The notes below the pieces were generated by a model. It searched no databases, was not told the DNA's origin, and saw only the letters and a program-made list of their open reading frames with translations. A DNA stretch of 64,000 nucleotides from Porphyridium purpureum (lineage: Eukaryota), in the NCBI GenBank assembly GCA_008690995.1, contig VRMN01000008.1, positions 620,001-684,000 of the forward strand, read 5' to 3'. Numbering within the stretch: position 1 is the first letter of the stretch; the number at the start of each line of letters is the position of its first letter. Below are positions 11,601 to 22,472 of the stretch, piece by piece. Position numbers and translations under genes: made by a program.

Positions 11601-14600
11601 CGCTGGCAGGCTTCTGCGATATGGTTCTTCCTTCCTCTCCCAAGGAGAATCTACGCGTGTTTAAAGACTGTATGGTCTCGCGCGAGATCCGTTCTCTCGT
11701 GACGAAAGCGTGTGTTATCGACCGCGTCGATGGTGACTTGAATGTAGACTCGGCAAACCGCGCCCTCATTTCGTACTCTGACTTGGAATCGTTCGTGTCC
11801 TCAGTAATTCAAACGTTGACATACATTCATTATGGTGTCAAAGGCCGACTAGACCTGGCGATCTTCTTCCAGGAGACTGAATTCAGCGATGAGATCTGGT
11901 GTCTAACAGGCGGCAGTGTAAATCCTAACCGCTCATTCTCGCACAAGGTTATGGACACCTTATTTTCGATCCTCGTGGAGAATTCACGGGGCACGCTGGC
12001 GCTCTTTGAAAAGCGATCGGAAAAGACTCGTTTGTCGGATGACGAAGCTTTGCTGTGGCATATTCGCAATCCAAGCGCACTTGCCATGATGCTGCGTTTG
12101 ATTCGGAAGGCGTCGTACGCGTCCGTGGATCAGTCCAGATCGGCGGATAGTTTTGATGCAGATACCAGCCTGTGTGACGTTGAGAAGGTGCTGAGCGCAA
12201 TTTCTAACCTTGTAGTGGCTTGCACGACCAATCGTGCAGCATGCGCGAACGCAAACTTGCTTGACGTTGTGCTGGAGTGGCTCGAGGCTGATGAAGGCCT
12301 TATTCGGCAGAATGAGCCTAGCGATGAGGCGCAGATGGTTGCCCTACGCGTGGTGAGTCTCATGGGGATTCTCGTAGAATACTCGATATCTCCGCCTCAA
12401 ATGATGCGTGTACTCAGCCTCTTGCGTAGAGGGTCAAGGTCCGGACCGAATTCAGGAGCGAGGATCGAGCGGCGTGCACTGGTGACAGGGGCTGTGCTGG
12501 ATATTTTGAATTTATCGTTCATCGAAAAGGAAGGGCCGCCCGCGTTCTTCGACTTGAGCGGCAAGCGTTCCGGCCTCACGGCCAATGATATGAACATTGC
12601 CCTGAGCAGTTCTGGATCCCGCAGCGGTTATTCTGCCGCGCTGTGGGTTCGTCTAGAGCGTACGAGTGCGCATTCGGTTCTATTTGCCATCGCGGATGAC
12701 GCTGGTGGCCTCGTTGAGCTCGCGCTCATGCAAAACCATTGCTTAAGTATTCGACTCGCCCAGCATGGTGCGGGGGTGGTCTCAGCTTCGCATACAGATT
12801 CAAACGCACCATCAAACGCATCTCCTTCCGATTTGACTCGCTCGGGAACTACGACACGAAAGAATTTTGAAGCGGACCGCGACGCGGACGGCCAAGGGTC
12901 TGATTTATTGTACAACGTTGGCGGGATCGCTTCATCAGTAGCCGGACAACAGCAGCGTTCAGTACCCGCGCTGGCTGGAAATTTGAAAAACGATGTGCAC
13001 AACACTCGCGTGCAGCTTCCAGACTCACAGTGGTGCCACATTTTGCTCACACATTCTCTAAGCACTGGTGGGGCATCTGCGTTTTCAATACCAATGTCGT
13101 CTAAGGGCACTGAACAGAAGTGTCATATCTACTTGAACGGCGTGTGCGTGTACGCGGAGGCGCTCCGGCTCGCCTCCTCTCAAGGGCATGGTGCCAAGCT
13201 GTTCGGGAATGGACTCGTGAAAGCGGTGTCATTTGGTTGCACCACGAGCGGCGCGCAGTGCTTTATGGGTCAACTGGGTGCAACATACGTTTTCTCGGAC
13301 GTTTTAAACGCTGATGTTGCAGCCACGCTTGCTTCGCTTGGCCCAGCGTTCGATGGTAATTTGCTGTTCCCGAATGTGCCGCGTCTGTTGGTGTCTCCGC
13401 CGCAGCAATTGGGCGAGAATTTGAACAATAGGAAACGCAAGGGCGCTCTTGTGGCGCGCGCAGGGCCCATTCGTACGATGCTTGCTTCTTCCGAGTGGAA
13501 CAGCAAGGTTGTGGAGCGTGTGATGCTCCTCTTCGCACCGCGCGCATCGAACGGACGCATCTGTCCAGACAATTCGTTGGGCGGCGCGTCCGGCACGCTA
13601 CTGTCAACTTTCTGTCGAATTGCAGGCCCAGAGTACGCTACGCAACTGTGCCTAGCCCAAGATATTCGCGACAGCTTTAGTATTGCAGGAGGTATATCCG
13701 AGTTACTTCCTATTTTTGCATGTCTCGATGCTTTGTGCGTGCAACAAGAGGGAGCGGGCAAAAATAAGCCAATTCCAGAATCCCTCCAGGTGCTTCCCAA
13801 GCTGCTGCACTTGTTGGGTGTGGTAGTTTGCACGGACTCGCTATATCGAAGCACGTTCCTGCACCGGCGCGGCTTCCAGATGATTTCCTTTATTCTGAAA
13901 GAGCGTTGCACGCCGCGCCACCGCACGCGCCGTGTCGTGCGCGCAATCTGGGATCTTGTGGATGAGTTTTGCGCGCTGGGCTCGGCACGTGAGCATAGCT
14001 TGCTAGAGCAGACAAATACCGGCTCCGCTTCAGTGTCTTCGTCACTCGCGGGATCGAAGGAAAAGGATACGGCGGGTAGCAGCTTCCTTAATTTTCAAGA
14101 CAGCAGCGCAGGCCTGCCGAAGACTTCCGAGATGTTTGTGATGACAGCCTCGCTGGTCCGCGCGCTTGTGCTGGACCCACTCATGTGGATCGCCCCTGGC
14201 GTGGACTTAAGTACCGCGCTGCAAATGTACGCGGCCGTACTCGATTGCTTGGAATATCCACATGCCGGCGTTGCTCCCGGGACAAACTCTGGAGCGGAAA
14301 ATACATCAGCGCCTTCCGGGAGTGGGTCTTCCGTCAGCATGGGTATCACCGATGATAACTACGCAAGCACTAAGCGCAACGTGATCATGTACTGCTTGGA
14401 CGTTCAATCGATTATTGATCTGTGCATGGAGCTCTCACTCCCAGAGTCCATCTTATCGGTGGATACAAGTCGTTCAGATGGTTCAATGGGATCGAGGAGT
14501 GAGCAAATGGAGTTGTGCATCCTTCTCTTACGGATTACCGTGCGTGCGGGTGTATTGCGAGCCAAGGAACGCAGCCTGACAGCGTGCAATGAGTGCCTGC

Positions 14601-17600
14601 GCGTACTCTTCAATATCTTTGACCGGGCAAGCAGTGACATGGGCAGCAGCAGAATTGAGGACAAGTCGGAAGCACAGAACGCTCAGGTCGTGGCTACGTG
14701 CTTACTCACCGTTCTCTGTGGCGATGAATACTATGAGCGCCCGCAATGCTCCAATGATACACTATTATTTTTCAGTCGTGGGTCTTCAAAGTCGCTGTTT
14801 GTGACCTTGATCAACCTATTCTGGTCACCTGTTGACAAGCTGCGGTTGGGGGCCATTCAGCTTGCTTGCCAGATCGAAGGCATGTCATCAACGGGGATCG
14901 CACTCAGCCCCGGCACGTCGTATAACAAAAATCGCGTGAACGTTGGTTGTTCGGCTTTAGCTGCGCTTCTGTCGCATCGGGTCAACAAATCGGCTTGTAT
15001 TCTGGCGCTTGAGGTGGCGTTTGGGCCCACCTCATACTCGCCATTCGTGCCGGTGGTATTTGCGCTGTTGTGCGCCGACCGCGAGTGGAAACTTTCTACG
15101 TCCTCGCTACGTGCCATGACTGCACGCATCAAGGCAGACAAATCAGCCGGCGTCCGTATCCTTAGTTTCCCGACATGGCCACAGTGGATGCAGAAGCTTT
15201 GCACCCGCGATATTCCGACCTCAGAATCATCTACCGCTCTGGCTGCAGAGTTCTATGTGGCTTTGGACGCGCTTCTCTACGCCCTTCTAGATTGTGCTTT
15301 TGCTGAGGGTCCCACGCTTTTCCTGCAACAGGTAGAGCGACTGCTGCTGACCGCTGACTACCGGCTCTCCCGCCGAGCACTCTTGGTGATGCTGGACCTT
15401 GCGCAAAACGTATTTGTACCGCTCGCGCTCTTGTCGCGGAGCGGCGGCGGTGGAGGGAGTCATGCTGGTGGTAGCAGTATTCATCACCCACAACCTGAGC
15501 AGCAAAAGCAGAATGCATGGATGGCATGTTTTGCGGGTATCGTGCTTCTCGGTGAAGTGCTTTTGTACGGCCGCAACCCTGAGCAATTCGACTCGGACTT
15601 GGCGTTACATTTGGTCAACACGATGCGCATAATGGGTGTCTGGCAGCGGCAAGCCTTGCAGCTCACGCTCACGCTATCGAGCTTGAAGTCATCTTTTCTT
15701 ACGAGCGGACGCGTTTCGATGGACGTGGCTGTGCAGGGCATCAATGTGACGTGTGTCGATGCCGTGTCAAGCACCAGTTCATCGGCCGCCAGTTTGCCGG
15801 CCGGCGGGCAACAGCAGCTCCAACCACAGGACACAGGCGAAAATAACAGCAGCGGCGTTGAAGATCATTTAAGTCGACTGGAGCACACCGTAGAGGCCCT
15901 TGCTGCTCTCGGTGGCTTCTTGCGGCCATGCCTTCGCACATTGTGCTCCATGGTGGCTTGGGCTGTGGATGAAAAAGCCAGCGCTGAAATCGCTCGGATT
16001 CTGATTGAAGCTGTCAAGCCATTTGGCGGGCAGCCGTCATCGTCCTCGTCAAAGACATCATCGTCGTCGTCCTCCTCCTCCTCTTCTGCGGTCCCTGGAA
16101 GTGGCCAGAACCCGCTCAGGTGGCAGTTCTACTTACGAATGACACTATCAAGATTGATGGATGAATGCGAATTGAAGCAGAGATCCTCGGGGATTCGTGA
16201 CCATGACCCTGCTGCCGACTTGCCTCGCCGGGCGTGGTTGGAAGACGCGCTGCAAGCGGTGGAGGCCAATTTTAAGGAGAGCAAGAAAAAGAGTAAGTTC
16301 AAACTCTTTGGTTTGAACATGGCGATGAGCGGTTCCAGCGGAGCGTCGAGCGACAAACTTGAAGAGGAAGCAGATGCCGCAGCGCGTGCCATGCTCAAGG
16401 AGCAGGACTGGACTCTTGCGCTGGGCGCACGTGCCGAAGTAATATGCGCTGAAATGGAGAAGATTGAGAAGGAACAGGACGCACTCAAATTTGAAACGGG
16501 CTTTCTGCTGAAAGATTCTGTGTCAAAGAGCGTAGATAAGATGCTAAGTGAGGAGGCTAGCCGATTGTCTCTGTCACAGATCAAAGACGCGATGGCCGCG
16601 GCTGCAGTAGAGAAGCACTGGAGCAAACTAGATCGCGCCCTCATTACCGAGCGTCTCGAGAATATTGACCCAAATTCTATGCTTTGGAAGCTGGATACCT
16701 GCGAGGACGCGCTGGGTCGGCGCTTTCTTATGCAGTGGGATACGAATGGTGTGAACCGCGCTGCCGCTGCACACTCGCCCGACCCTGATGCGCAGGCCGG
16801 GTCGTCGATGCCGTCGCCGTCACCCAGTGAAATTACTCAGCGGGCTATTTCTGAAATAGGTGAGCTACAAATTAGTGCACCGGTGGCTGTGGTGGCATCG
16901 GGAGGCGCGGTTTCATTGGCGGCGGGCTCTGATCGGCGCGATCAGAATCAAGAAAACCTGGACCGTTTCGAAGAGCTAGTGCTCAATGAGCAAGGAAATG
17001 ACGTGCCCGAAGACGAGCTAGAACACCAAGTACGCTCACTGACACGGCTCGATTCCATTTTGAATCGACAAAACGCGGCTGCCCAAGGCAAAAAGGGCAC
17101 CGTTCAGAACACTCGCGCTGCCAGAAGGCAGTTTCAACGTTTTGGCACGGCACACGGCACCGAGTCCGGTGGCGTCGGTTCCACGACGGCTTTGGTGGAT
17201 GCCTCGGCGTCAGCGTCAGCGTCATCTGCGCTTAATGTCAGTACGCAGCATGAGGCCGCAGCCAAGCAGATTGCAGTGGCAGGGGCTGCGGCGTCATTTT
17301 CAGGTACGACGCTCTGGAGCGGCGATGCCATGTTCATGCGACCAACCTACGTGTGCGGAGGCCGCCTTGAAATGAGCAGACACGAATTGATTTTCCGCCC
17401 CTTGGGTAGGAGCGCGAGCGCAAGCTCCAGCCAAAAGAAGAGCAATGCTAGCGAGCCGGACTCTAGTTTGGTTGGCGCTGACGACGAACGTGGTGATGGT
17501 GAAGGTGCTGATAGCGACGACACCAACATGAATTCCGCGCCTACGTCATCCGAAAAGTGGATCGATGAGCGCGCGTTCTCGCTTCATTCAATCGCAGAAG

Positions 17601-20209
17601 TATTGTTCCGACGGTACGCCCTTCAGCCGCGCGCCGTGGAAATCTTTTTCAGTGAGAGGAGGAGCCACCTGCAATATGTATACAGGAACCATAGCCAATC
17701 TCAGCGAGAAATATTCCTCGTATTCTCGAGCGAGACGGTGCAAAAGGCGTTCCTGAAGGCGCTTAAGGAGCAGCTCAAGCGTATTGGAAACACATTCGGC
17801 GCGGCGCGTGTGCTTTCGAGTCCTCGCCACTGCATGGATGCGCTGAAGCCGGCTACGGAGGCGTGGCGCGCCAAGAGCATGAGCACTTTTCAGTATCTCA
17901 TGCTGGTGAACAAGTACGCTGGCCGCACGTACAATGACATGTCGCAGTATCCGGTTTTTCCGTGGGTGTTGGCGGACTACTCGGCATCGGTGCTTGATCT
18001 CGCAAGCGCGGATGTCTTTCGCGACCTGAGCAAGCCTATGGGCTGCCAGCGAAGCGAGGAGGAGGTTGCACGTGGCGTTTTGGAGTCGGCACGCGAGCAG
18101 CTGTTCCGCAAGCGGTACGCAGAATGGGCCGATCCGAGCACGGGTATCCCACCGTTTCACTATGGCTCGCACTACTCGTCACCAGGCAGTGTGCTGGGCT
18201 TCCTTGTTCGCGTCGAACCCTTTACGGAATTGTTTCTGCGGAACCAGGGCGGTACCTTTGACTATGCGGACCGCATGTTCCGTTCCGTGCGCCTGGCGTA
18301 CAAGTCAGCGACCGAGTCGACCCAGAACGTGAACGAATGTATTCCAGAGTTTTACTACCAACCCGAAGTATTTCGTAATCGCAACCGTCTCCCGCTTGGC
18401 GTGCTGCACGATGGGTCCGAGGTTGGGGATGTTGCGTTGCCACCGTGGAGTCTGAACTCGCCGGATCTATTCGTCAAGATGCACCGTGAGGCGCTTGAAA
18501 GCGTTCATGTTTCTTCCACGCTACATCTGTGGATTGACTTGGTCTTTGGAGTGAAACAGCGCGGGCCGCTCGCGAAAGAAGCATGCAATGTATTCTACTA
18601 CCTCACCTACGAAGGCACGGTTGACCTTGACCGCATTCATGACCCTAAGGCGCGAAGCAGTATTGAAGCACAGATCCAGCATTTCGGTCAAACACCCTTG
18701 CAGCTATGGAGCAAGCCACACGGGCAGCGCGACGTGAGCAGTGTAGATGTCTCTGGTTCGTCCGTGGTTTCCACGGGTGCGGATCGTCATATTCAGCGAC
18801 ATGTCAATGATGATCTGGACTGGCCATTAGCGGTGCTAGACGCGGAGAGCGTCTCGATGCAAGATGGCATTGTGCTTTTACAGCACGTGGGCTCGTATGT
18901 GTTTACAATTTGCCGCTCGCGATCGCTTGCGACGCATCGATGGTCGCCGTTGCCTGACCTGGAAGGCAAGCCGTATACGTTTGAGCCAGACTGCAAGGTG
19001 GTGATGTCTGGCGAGACAGAGCGCGCGACATTGCGCAGTGTGACCGGGCGAACTCGCGGCAGTTCATCTCGAGTAGGGCGCCGAGTTGGCGGAGCACACG
19101 TTGCACCAGTCCTGCGTGACTTTGAAATGGGCTCACTGTATGCCATCACGAAGGACGGACGCTACGTGATCAGCGGCGGACACTGGGACAACTCTGTACG
19201 GCTGAGTGCAACCAGTGAACCTGGTCGACCAAAACAAGTCCTTTACCATCACCGGGATGTCGTCACATGCGTAACACTTAGCCAGGACGGCGAGACGCTA
19301 GTTACCGGCGCACGCGATACACTGGTGATTGTGTGGGATATGGTGGCCGCCCCCGCCAAGGCGACGACCACGCTCAACTCTATGGCCGCGGCTGTGGTTT
19401 CTGGTCCCACGGGCTCCTCTTCTCCACCACATGGTTCTCTGCCAGACACTGGCGGCGGCAGTGGTGCAGGCGTGGGACTTTTGGGCTCGCCGCTCGTGCT
19501 GGCTGTCCGCGTGGGCTCGATTGATGCCGGCGCCTCGGATTTCAAGCTGGATGGCCAATCAGAGCGGACCGCTTCGCTGCCTCCTTCAGCCAATGTGATG
19601 GCCACCGGCCTTGGTGGCGCACACGCAAAGCAGGTAGTGCGGCCAGAGCCGCGCTTTGTGCTACGTGGGCACAAGGGCCCAGTGAGCTGTGTGGCGGTGC
19701 ATTCGGGCATTGGCGTGATTGTCAGCGGCGACGAGAGCGGCTGGATGCTGACGCACTCATTCAGAAAGGGCACTCTTTTGCGTGCCGTGCGGGATGTAGG
19801 TGTAATCAGCCGATGCATGGTGAGTGCACATGCCGAGGTTCTTCTGTACGCCCGAACCACGCGCGAGCTGCAGATCCAGACGATCAACTTTGGGCTGCTC
19901 GCACGCGTGGTATGCGACGACGGGCTTGAATGTTTCGCCGCGAGTTCGGATGGGCGGTTCTTGTACACTGGAACGCAGAGTGGACGCGTGCAGATCCGGA
20001 ATCGCGCGTGTCTGAACGTGATCCACGAGTATGCTCCGCTAGAGGGCGCTGTGATGAGTGTCGCGCTGTCCACCGACGAGAGCGTGCTTTTCGCGGCCGT
20101 CACGTCGGGCAGACTGTACGTCTTCTGGCTCGACCGAGAACGCTTGCTGTCACTTCTTGCGTTTCCAACGCTGCATGGCGTCTCTCACTTGGGAACCTTC
20201 ACGGCATGA
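8639..20209 (+). CDS. BEACH-domain protein (neurobeachin/LYST-like): ConA-like, PH, BEACH and WD40 domains
   Basis: 3,856-aa ORF; PH-like RRYALQPRAVEIF; BEACH motifs STFQYLMLVNKYAGRTYNDMSQYPVFPWVL, FRDLSKPMG, FHYGSHYSS, ECIPEFYY, HLWIDLVFG, HFGQTPLQL; terminal WD40 repeats; true start uncertain (first ATG 8675). Confidence 0.95.
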   Translation: MLKRFVDEVVVAMHAWWKYAVTLHAPHGYADAASALGQARRLAALHVKVGEHLRAVERAEILDFNFFSAAGAGRDDRFQDQSTAQLRPGTATQNAESDLDLVEWTREVQRVLRTGLEAGAVQQVLRTFHAAQPRLLALSREHKELQKLWLAVLKQCEVVIGAQRANAFMSTAGSTSISSSGSDTLAPELLQLSVPQLMAVALVNLEQCGTSFNWAPDVAKVVVATTSRSLEWMCMQLLVSCDQIMGDFALRSASASTSSHSGVVSLGLADKSIDIACRLWLGVRVLIEPVFRLLLLLHAHAQAVRLFEKLQVAFIHLVPGLGSSVVATHLELWLLDTALSHPCFSQQRYASKKLVDLILAALQLRSWEFALAIRRKGVLQLDMPLSSMPIDARGDVRTLLDRFLCRVRLAQFLGVLGRRDESLAMHIFDARQGLWMVELLIVCEAWECKPLLALVVRACFAIADPFLDRSDGADDGLQVGRSGGESGRLNLCSSYTAMLLLAAFFEVVLKTARLEATFDVYMECCEQTLDRFGDAAARLFSSRNMYKTLVEVFAATRSLLRSKHAPPPLASHHQQQQQQQQQQGPSHSRAADASRTVRKYGSDSADAKNVGGEAKDQKDEDGYMRIMTLVQRASAVRVEAEVKAGSDGTVETFGGSTDEWLCVCNILLTHWPRLLQHQRFDATARVCSSILMCMDEETHRALIANGNFSPIIRLACRIARELDEPNMGANSPRSSSHASHLLRHSLTPAMQEMYIAALDRLALIMEGAFVTASALVDALRAAQSTCEFAELLTFRYTVSTGMKLFVRIMNEPCPGYGAPAGGALLSSTASRVGADFSYSTAGADAAETNIRTPEIGKGNSPGVHLVRKDTSLMPDGWALSASLGADVDASGAASATEVKGRGHVARSATSAILPTQPLRARAGVSPGQGEILLSTAVAPVDGLPAAVLAGKRAIVLAIVRTLGRLAGQLKLVQQSRRARFALKILSIALAGFCDMVLPSSPKENLRVFKDCMVSREIRSLVTKACVIDRVDGDLNVDSANRALISYSDLESFVSSVIQTLTYIHYGVKGRLDLAIFFQETEFSDEIWCLTGGSVNPNRSFSHKVMDTLFSILVENSRGTLALFEKRSEKTRLSDDEALLWHIRNPSALAMMLRLIRKASYASVDQSRSADSFDADTSLCDVEKVLSAISNLVVACTTNRAACANANLLDVVLEWLEADEGLIRQNEPSDEAQMVALRVVSLMGILVEYSISPPQMMRVLSLLRRGSRSGPNSGARIERRALVTGAVLDILNLSFIEKEGPPAFFDLSGKRSGLTANDMNIALSSSGSRSGYSAALWVRLERTSAHSVLFAIADDAGGLVELALMQNHCLSIRLAQHGAGVVSASHTDSNAPSNASPSDLTRSGTTTRKNFEADRDADGQGSDLLYNVGGIASSVAGQQQRSVPALAGNLKNDVHNTRVQLPDSQWCHILLTHSLSTGGASAFSIPMSSKGTEQKCHIYLNGVCVYAEALRLASSQGHGAKLFGNGLVKAVSFGCTTSGAQCFMGQLGATYVFSDVLNADVAATLASLGPAFDGNLLFPNVPRLLVSPPQQLGENLNNRKRKGALVARAGPIRTMLASSEWNSKVVERVMLLFAPRASNGRICPDNSLGGASGTLLSTFCRIAGPEYATQLCLAQDIRDSFSIAGGISELLPIFACLDALCVQQEGAGKNKPIPESLQVLPKLLHLLGVVVCTDSLYRSTFLHRRGFQMISFILKERCTPRHRTRRVVRAIWDLVDEFCALGSAREHSLLEQTNTGSASVSSSLAGSKEKDTAGSSFLNFQDSSAGLPKTSEMFVMTASLVRALVLDPLMWIAPGVDLSTALQMYAAVLDCLEYPHAGVAPGTNSGAENTSAPSGSGSSVSMGITDDNYASTKRNVIMYCLDVQSIIDLCMELSLPESILSVDTSRSDGSMGSRSEQMELCILLLRITVRAGVLRAKERSLTACNECLRVLFNIFDRASSDMGSSRIEDKSEAQNAQVVATCLLTVLCGDEYYERPQCSNDTLLFFSRGSSKSLFVTLINLFWSPVDKLRLGAIQLACQIEGMSSTGIALSPGTSYNKNRVNVGCSALAALLSHRVNKSACILALEVAFGPTSYSPFVPVVFALLCADREWKLSTSSLRAMTARIKADKSAGVRILSFPTWPQWMQKLCTRDIPTSESSTALAAEFYVALDALLYALLDCAFAEGPTLFLQQVERLLLTADYRLSRRALLVMLDLAQNVFVPLALLSRSGGGGGSHAGGSSIHHPQPEQQKQNAWMACFAGIVLLGEVLLYGRNPEQFDSDLALHLVNTMRIMGVWQRQALQLTLTLSSLKSSFLTSGRVSMDVAVQGINVTCVDAVSSTSSSAASLPAGGQQQLQPQDTGENNSSGVEDHLSRLEHTVEALAALGGFLRPCLRTLCSMVAWAVDEKASAEIARILIEAVKPFGGQPSSSSSKTSSSSSSSSSSAVPGSGQNPLRWQFYLRMTLSRLMDECELKQRSSGIRDHDPAADLPRRAWLEDALQAVEANFKESKKKSKFKLFGLNMAMSGSSGASSDKLEEEADAAARAMLKEQDWTLALGARAEVICAEMEKIEKEQDALKFETGFLLKDSVSKSVDKMLSEEASRLSLSQIKDAMAAAAVEKHWSKLDRALITERLENIDPNSMLWKLDTCEDALGRRFLMQWDTNGVNRAAAAHSPDPDAQAGSSMPSPSPSEITQRAISEIGELQISAPVAVVASGGAVSLAAGSDRRDQNQENLDRFEELVLNEQGNDVPEDELEHQVRSLTRLDSILNRQNAAAQGKKGTVQNTRAARRQFQRFGTAHGTESGGVGSTTALVDASASASASSALNVSTQHEAAAKQIAVAGAAASFSGTTLWSGDAMFMRPTYVCGGRLEMSRHELIFRPLGRSASASSSQKKSNASEPDSSLVGADDERGDGEGADSDDTNMNSAPTSSEKWIDERAFSLHSIAEVLFRRYALQPRAVEIFFSERRSHLQYVYRNHSQSQREIFLVFSSETVQKAFLKALKEQLKRIGNTFGAARVLSSPRHCMDALKPATEAWRAKSMSTFQYLMLVNKYAGRTYNDMSQYPVFPWVLADYSASVLDLASADVFRDLSKPMGCQRSEEEVARGVLESAREQLFRKRYAEWADPSTGIPPFHYGSHYSSPGSVLGFLVRVEPFTELFLRNQGGTFDYADRMFRSVRLAYKSATESTQNVNECIPEFYYQPEVFRNRNRLPLGVLHDGSEVGDVALPPWSLNSPDLFVKMHREALESVHVSSTLHLWIDLVFGVKQRGPLAKEACNVFYYLTYEGTVDLDRIHDPKARSSIEAQIQHFGQTPLQLWSKPHGQRDVSSVDVSGSSVVSTGADRHIQRHVNDDLDWPLAVLDAESVSMQDGIVLLQHVGSYVFTICRSRSLATHRWSPLPDLEGKPYTFEPDCKVVMSGETERATLRSVTGRTRGSSSRVGRRVGGAHVAPVLRDFEMGSLYAITKDGRYVISGGHWDNSVRLSATSEPGRPKQVLYHHRDVVTCVTLSQDGETLVTGARDTLVIVWDMVAAPAKATTTLNSMAAAVVSGPTGSSSPPHGSLPDTGGGSGAGVGLLGSPLVLAVRVGSIDAGASDFKLDGQSERTASLPPSANVMATGLGGAHAKQVVRPEPRFVLRGHKGPVSCVAVHSGIGVIVSGDESGWMLTHSFRKGTLLRAVRDVGVISRCMVSAHAEVLLYARTTRELQIQTINFGLLARVVCDDGLECFAASSDGRFLYTGTQSGRVQIRNRACLNVIHEYAPLEGAVMSVALSTDESVLFAAVTSGRLYVFWLDRERLLSLLAFPTLHGVSHLGTFTA

Positions 20210-20329
20210 CCAAAAGCTCGGAGCAGGCGCAGTGCAGTCGCCTCCACAGAGTCCCAGAGCTGTTTCTAACAAGACGGGTCGATTTACATACAAAAAGTAC
20301 ACCGCTGCATAGAATGGGGTACAGTAAAC

Positions 20330-21631
20330 TCATCCTACGAGGAAGCCGACGCACAGAAACGCGCAGGACGCGAGCACGCCAAGGAGCGCGGCCGCGTAGC
20401 TGAACCAGCGCGTCCACAGAACGCTGCATACGTACGGCGGCTGGCGCGCAGCGGACTGGTCGCCAGACAGATCGTGCTCTCTGTCATGCACGTCCGTCTT
20501 GGCCCAGTGGTCAAAGCTTGGAAGCAGAATCAAGCTCATGCAGAAGCCCAGGATTTGCGCAGACGCGTGTACCCAGTGTGCGATGTTGGACGTGCTGGTC
20601 AGCGACGAAAGCACGCCGGCAAAGTTGGCCACAAAGACCGACATGAGGCCAGCCGAGATGCACTCGCAGAAGCTGAACATGTCGCACAGCCTCCCGGCCC
20701 ATGCGAGCTCGCCCGTCCACACGGCCACAAAGTTGCCCGCGAGAAGACCCAGGATCCCGCTCCCGCCAATCGAGTTGCACTGTCCATAAATGGGAAGCAG
20801 CCACGGCACGCTGGATAGTACAGGAAGATACGCGCGCCAGCTGCCGTAGCTAAGCTCCGTGATCAAGGAGAACAAGCAGAGCCCCGATATGTTTCCAAAC
20901 AAATGGCCTGTGCTGCTGTGCAAGAAATTCGCAATGAGGTTGCAAAATGTCAAAGCTGTGCCGTTGCATCGCGCATCAAAGTCACAGAATGAATAGATAC
21001 CCCCAGAGCCTGGCGGATTGACGACAAACAGCAACACCCACACACATACAATGAGCAGCGTCATCCACGGAAAATGCCGCTTCGTGCCATAGATGTACCG
21101 TCGCTTGCCAATCTTGACCGGGAATACTGCGACTACGCCGGCCATCACCAGCCGAAGGAAGAAAACCCGTGTCGGTGGCTCTGGCGTCTCTGGCAAGTGG
21201 CGCCGTTCCCAAATTTTCTGAAGCGCCTCGTGTCGCAATGAGCCAATGATTGCAACTACACATACGGGCAGGAGCAAGAAAAAGCCGAGTCCGTACACCC
21301 AGATCCCGATCACAGACGCGGTGTCGCGATACAACAAGTGCGACAGCATGACAGGGAGTTCGTACGCCACGAACGCTGCTCCGAGCACAATTTGGTACGC
21401 ACAAAGCAGCAACCGATTGAGAAAGTCGCGCCTCTTTTTCTCAATCATCGCCTGGGCAGAGTTTTCGGAGCCTGTACGGGAGCTAGCAGACTCGTCCACG
21501 TCATTCATCTCTGCAGGTTCGGCCACGCTTTCAACGTCGAGATCCTGTCTGGGCCGAGCCTGGTCCGTCCCGCGGGAAAAAGCTGAATCTGAATGCGGCG
21601 AGAGTCTGTACTGCAGTCGCGAAATCTCCAT
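20330..21631 (-). CDS. Rhomboid-family intramembrane serine protease
   Basis: FPWMTL; FLHSSTGHLFGN (H-x4-H-x3-N); GGSG catalytic Ser motif; IAHWVH TM6 His; several TM segments. Confidence 0.85.
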   Translation of the reverse strand: MEISRLQYRLSPHSDSAFSRGTDQARPRQDLDVESVAEPAEMNDVDESASSRTGSENSAQAMIEKKRRDFLNRLLLCAYQIVLGAAFVAYELPVMLSHLLYRDTASVIGIWVYGLGFFLLLPVCVVAIIGSLRHEALQKIWERRHLPETPEPPTRVFFLRLVMAGVVAVFPVKIGKRRYIYGTKRHFPWMTLLIVCVWVLLFVVNPPGSGGIYSFCDFDARCNGTALTFCNLIANFLHSSTGHLFGNISGLCLFSLITELSYGSWRAYLPVLSSVPWLLPIYGQCNSIGGSGILGLLAGNFVAVWTGELAWAGRLCDMFSFCECISAGLMSVFVANFAGVLSSLTSTSNIAHWVHASAQILGFCMSLILLPSFDHWAKTDVHDREHDLSGDQSAARQPPYVCSVLWTRWFSYAAALLGVLASCAFLCVGFLVG

Positions 21632-22472
21632 GGTCTTAATCACGCGCAAACTTCACCGACACATCCCCGCCGCCAACGACCCGTGCTGTCTGACCGTCGC
21701 TTCGCGGTACCCGCCATGCTTGTATGGCTCCGAGTCGCCTATCCTCGCGCATCTCCGATTCCTTGCTAAGCGCGAGACTGACCGCGGCCACGCTGCGTGG
21801 TAAAAAGGAATTTCCGGATCGACGATACACTGGGTGTCGTGCTAGCGAATCCTTTTCGCGTACACCGACGAGGGCATTCAGATGCACATCTGGCGTTTGC
21901 GTTGCGCCCCGTGGGCTTCGTACGTGCGGAACATGCCGTCGAATGGCAATGTTCTATCGTGTGCCCGTGCCAACCCCCCTTGAGGATTCGTTTCGTCTTT
22001 GAACTGGCTCGTCCTTGCCTGGTTTGGTGTCCTAAACGTCTGTACTTTCTTGAATTGCAGGACGCATTTCCCTGCGCTCGAGAAAGGGTAAATGGTGCGA
22101 ATCGATCCTCAAGGCTCCATCTGTGGAGCCAGATTCCCTCGTTAACCTTTGGCTGACAAGCTGCGCTAGTCGGCAGCTGACGATGCTCCCACAGTGATGC
22201 TCATGTACACATGACCAACAATGGCGCTCAGGTGGTTGAGGTGAAGATCAAGGGACTATGGTGTGTCTCTCCTTTGCCAAGCTCGCGCCCCCGCGCCACC
22301 GTTTCTGCTTTTCCCCCCCGCGATTGCATGGTCGCATTCGTCTGCGCATGGCTGCGTCTCAACTTGACGCGCAGTCACACGTCAGGGGCGATGTAGGACA
22401 TCGAACCTCCTATTTGTTAGCATACACATATCAATTCTACGTGCGTCCACCACGGTCGCTCTGCTGGTTTCG

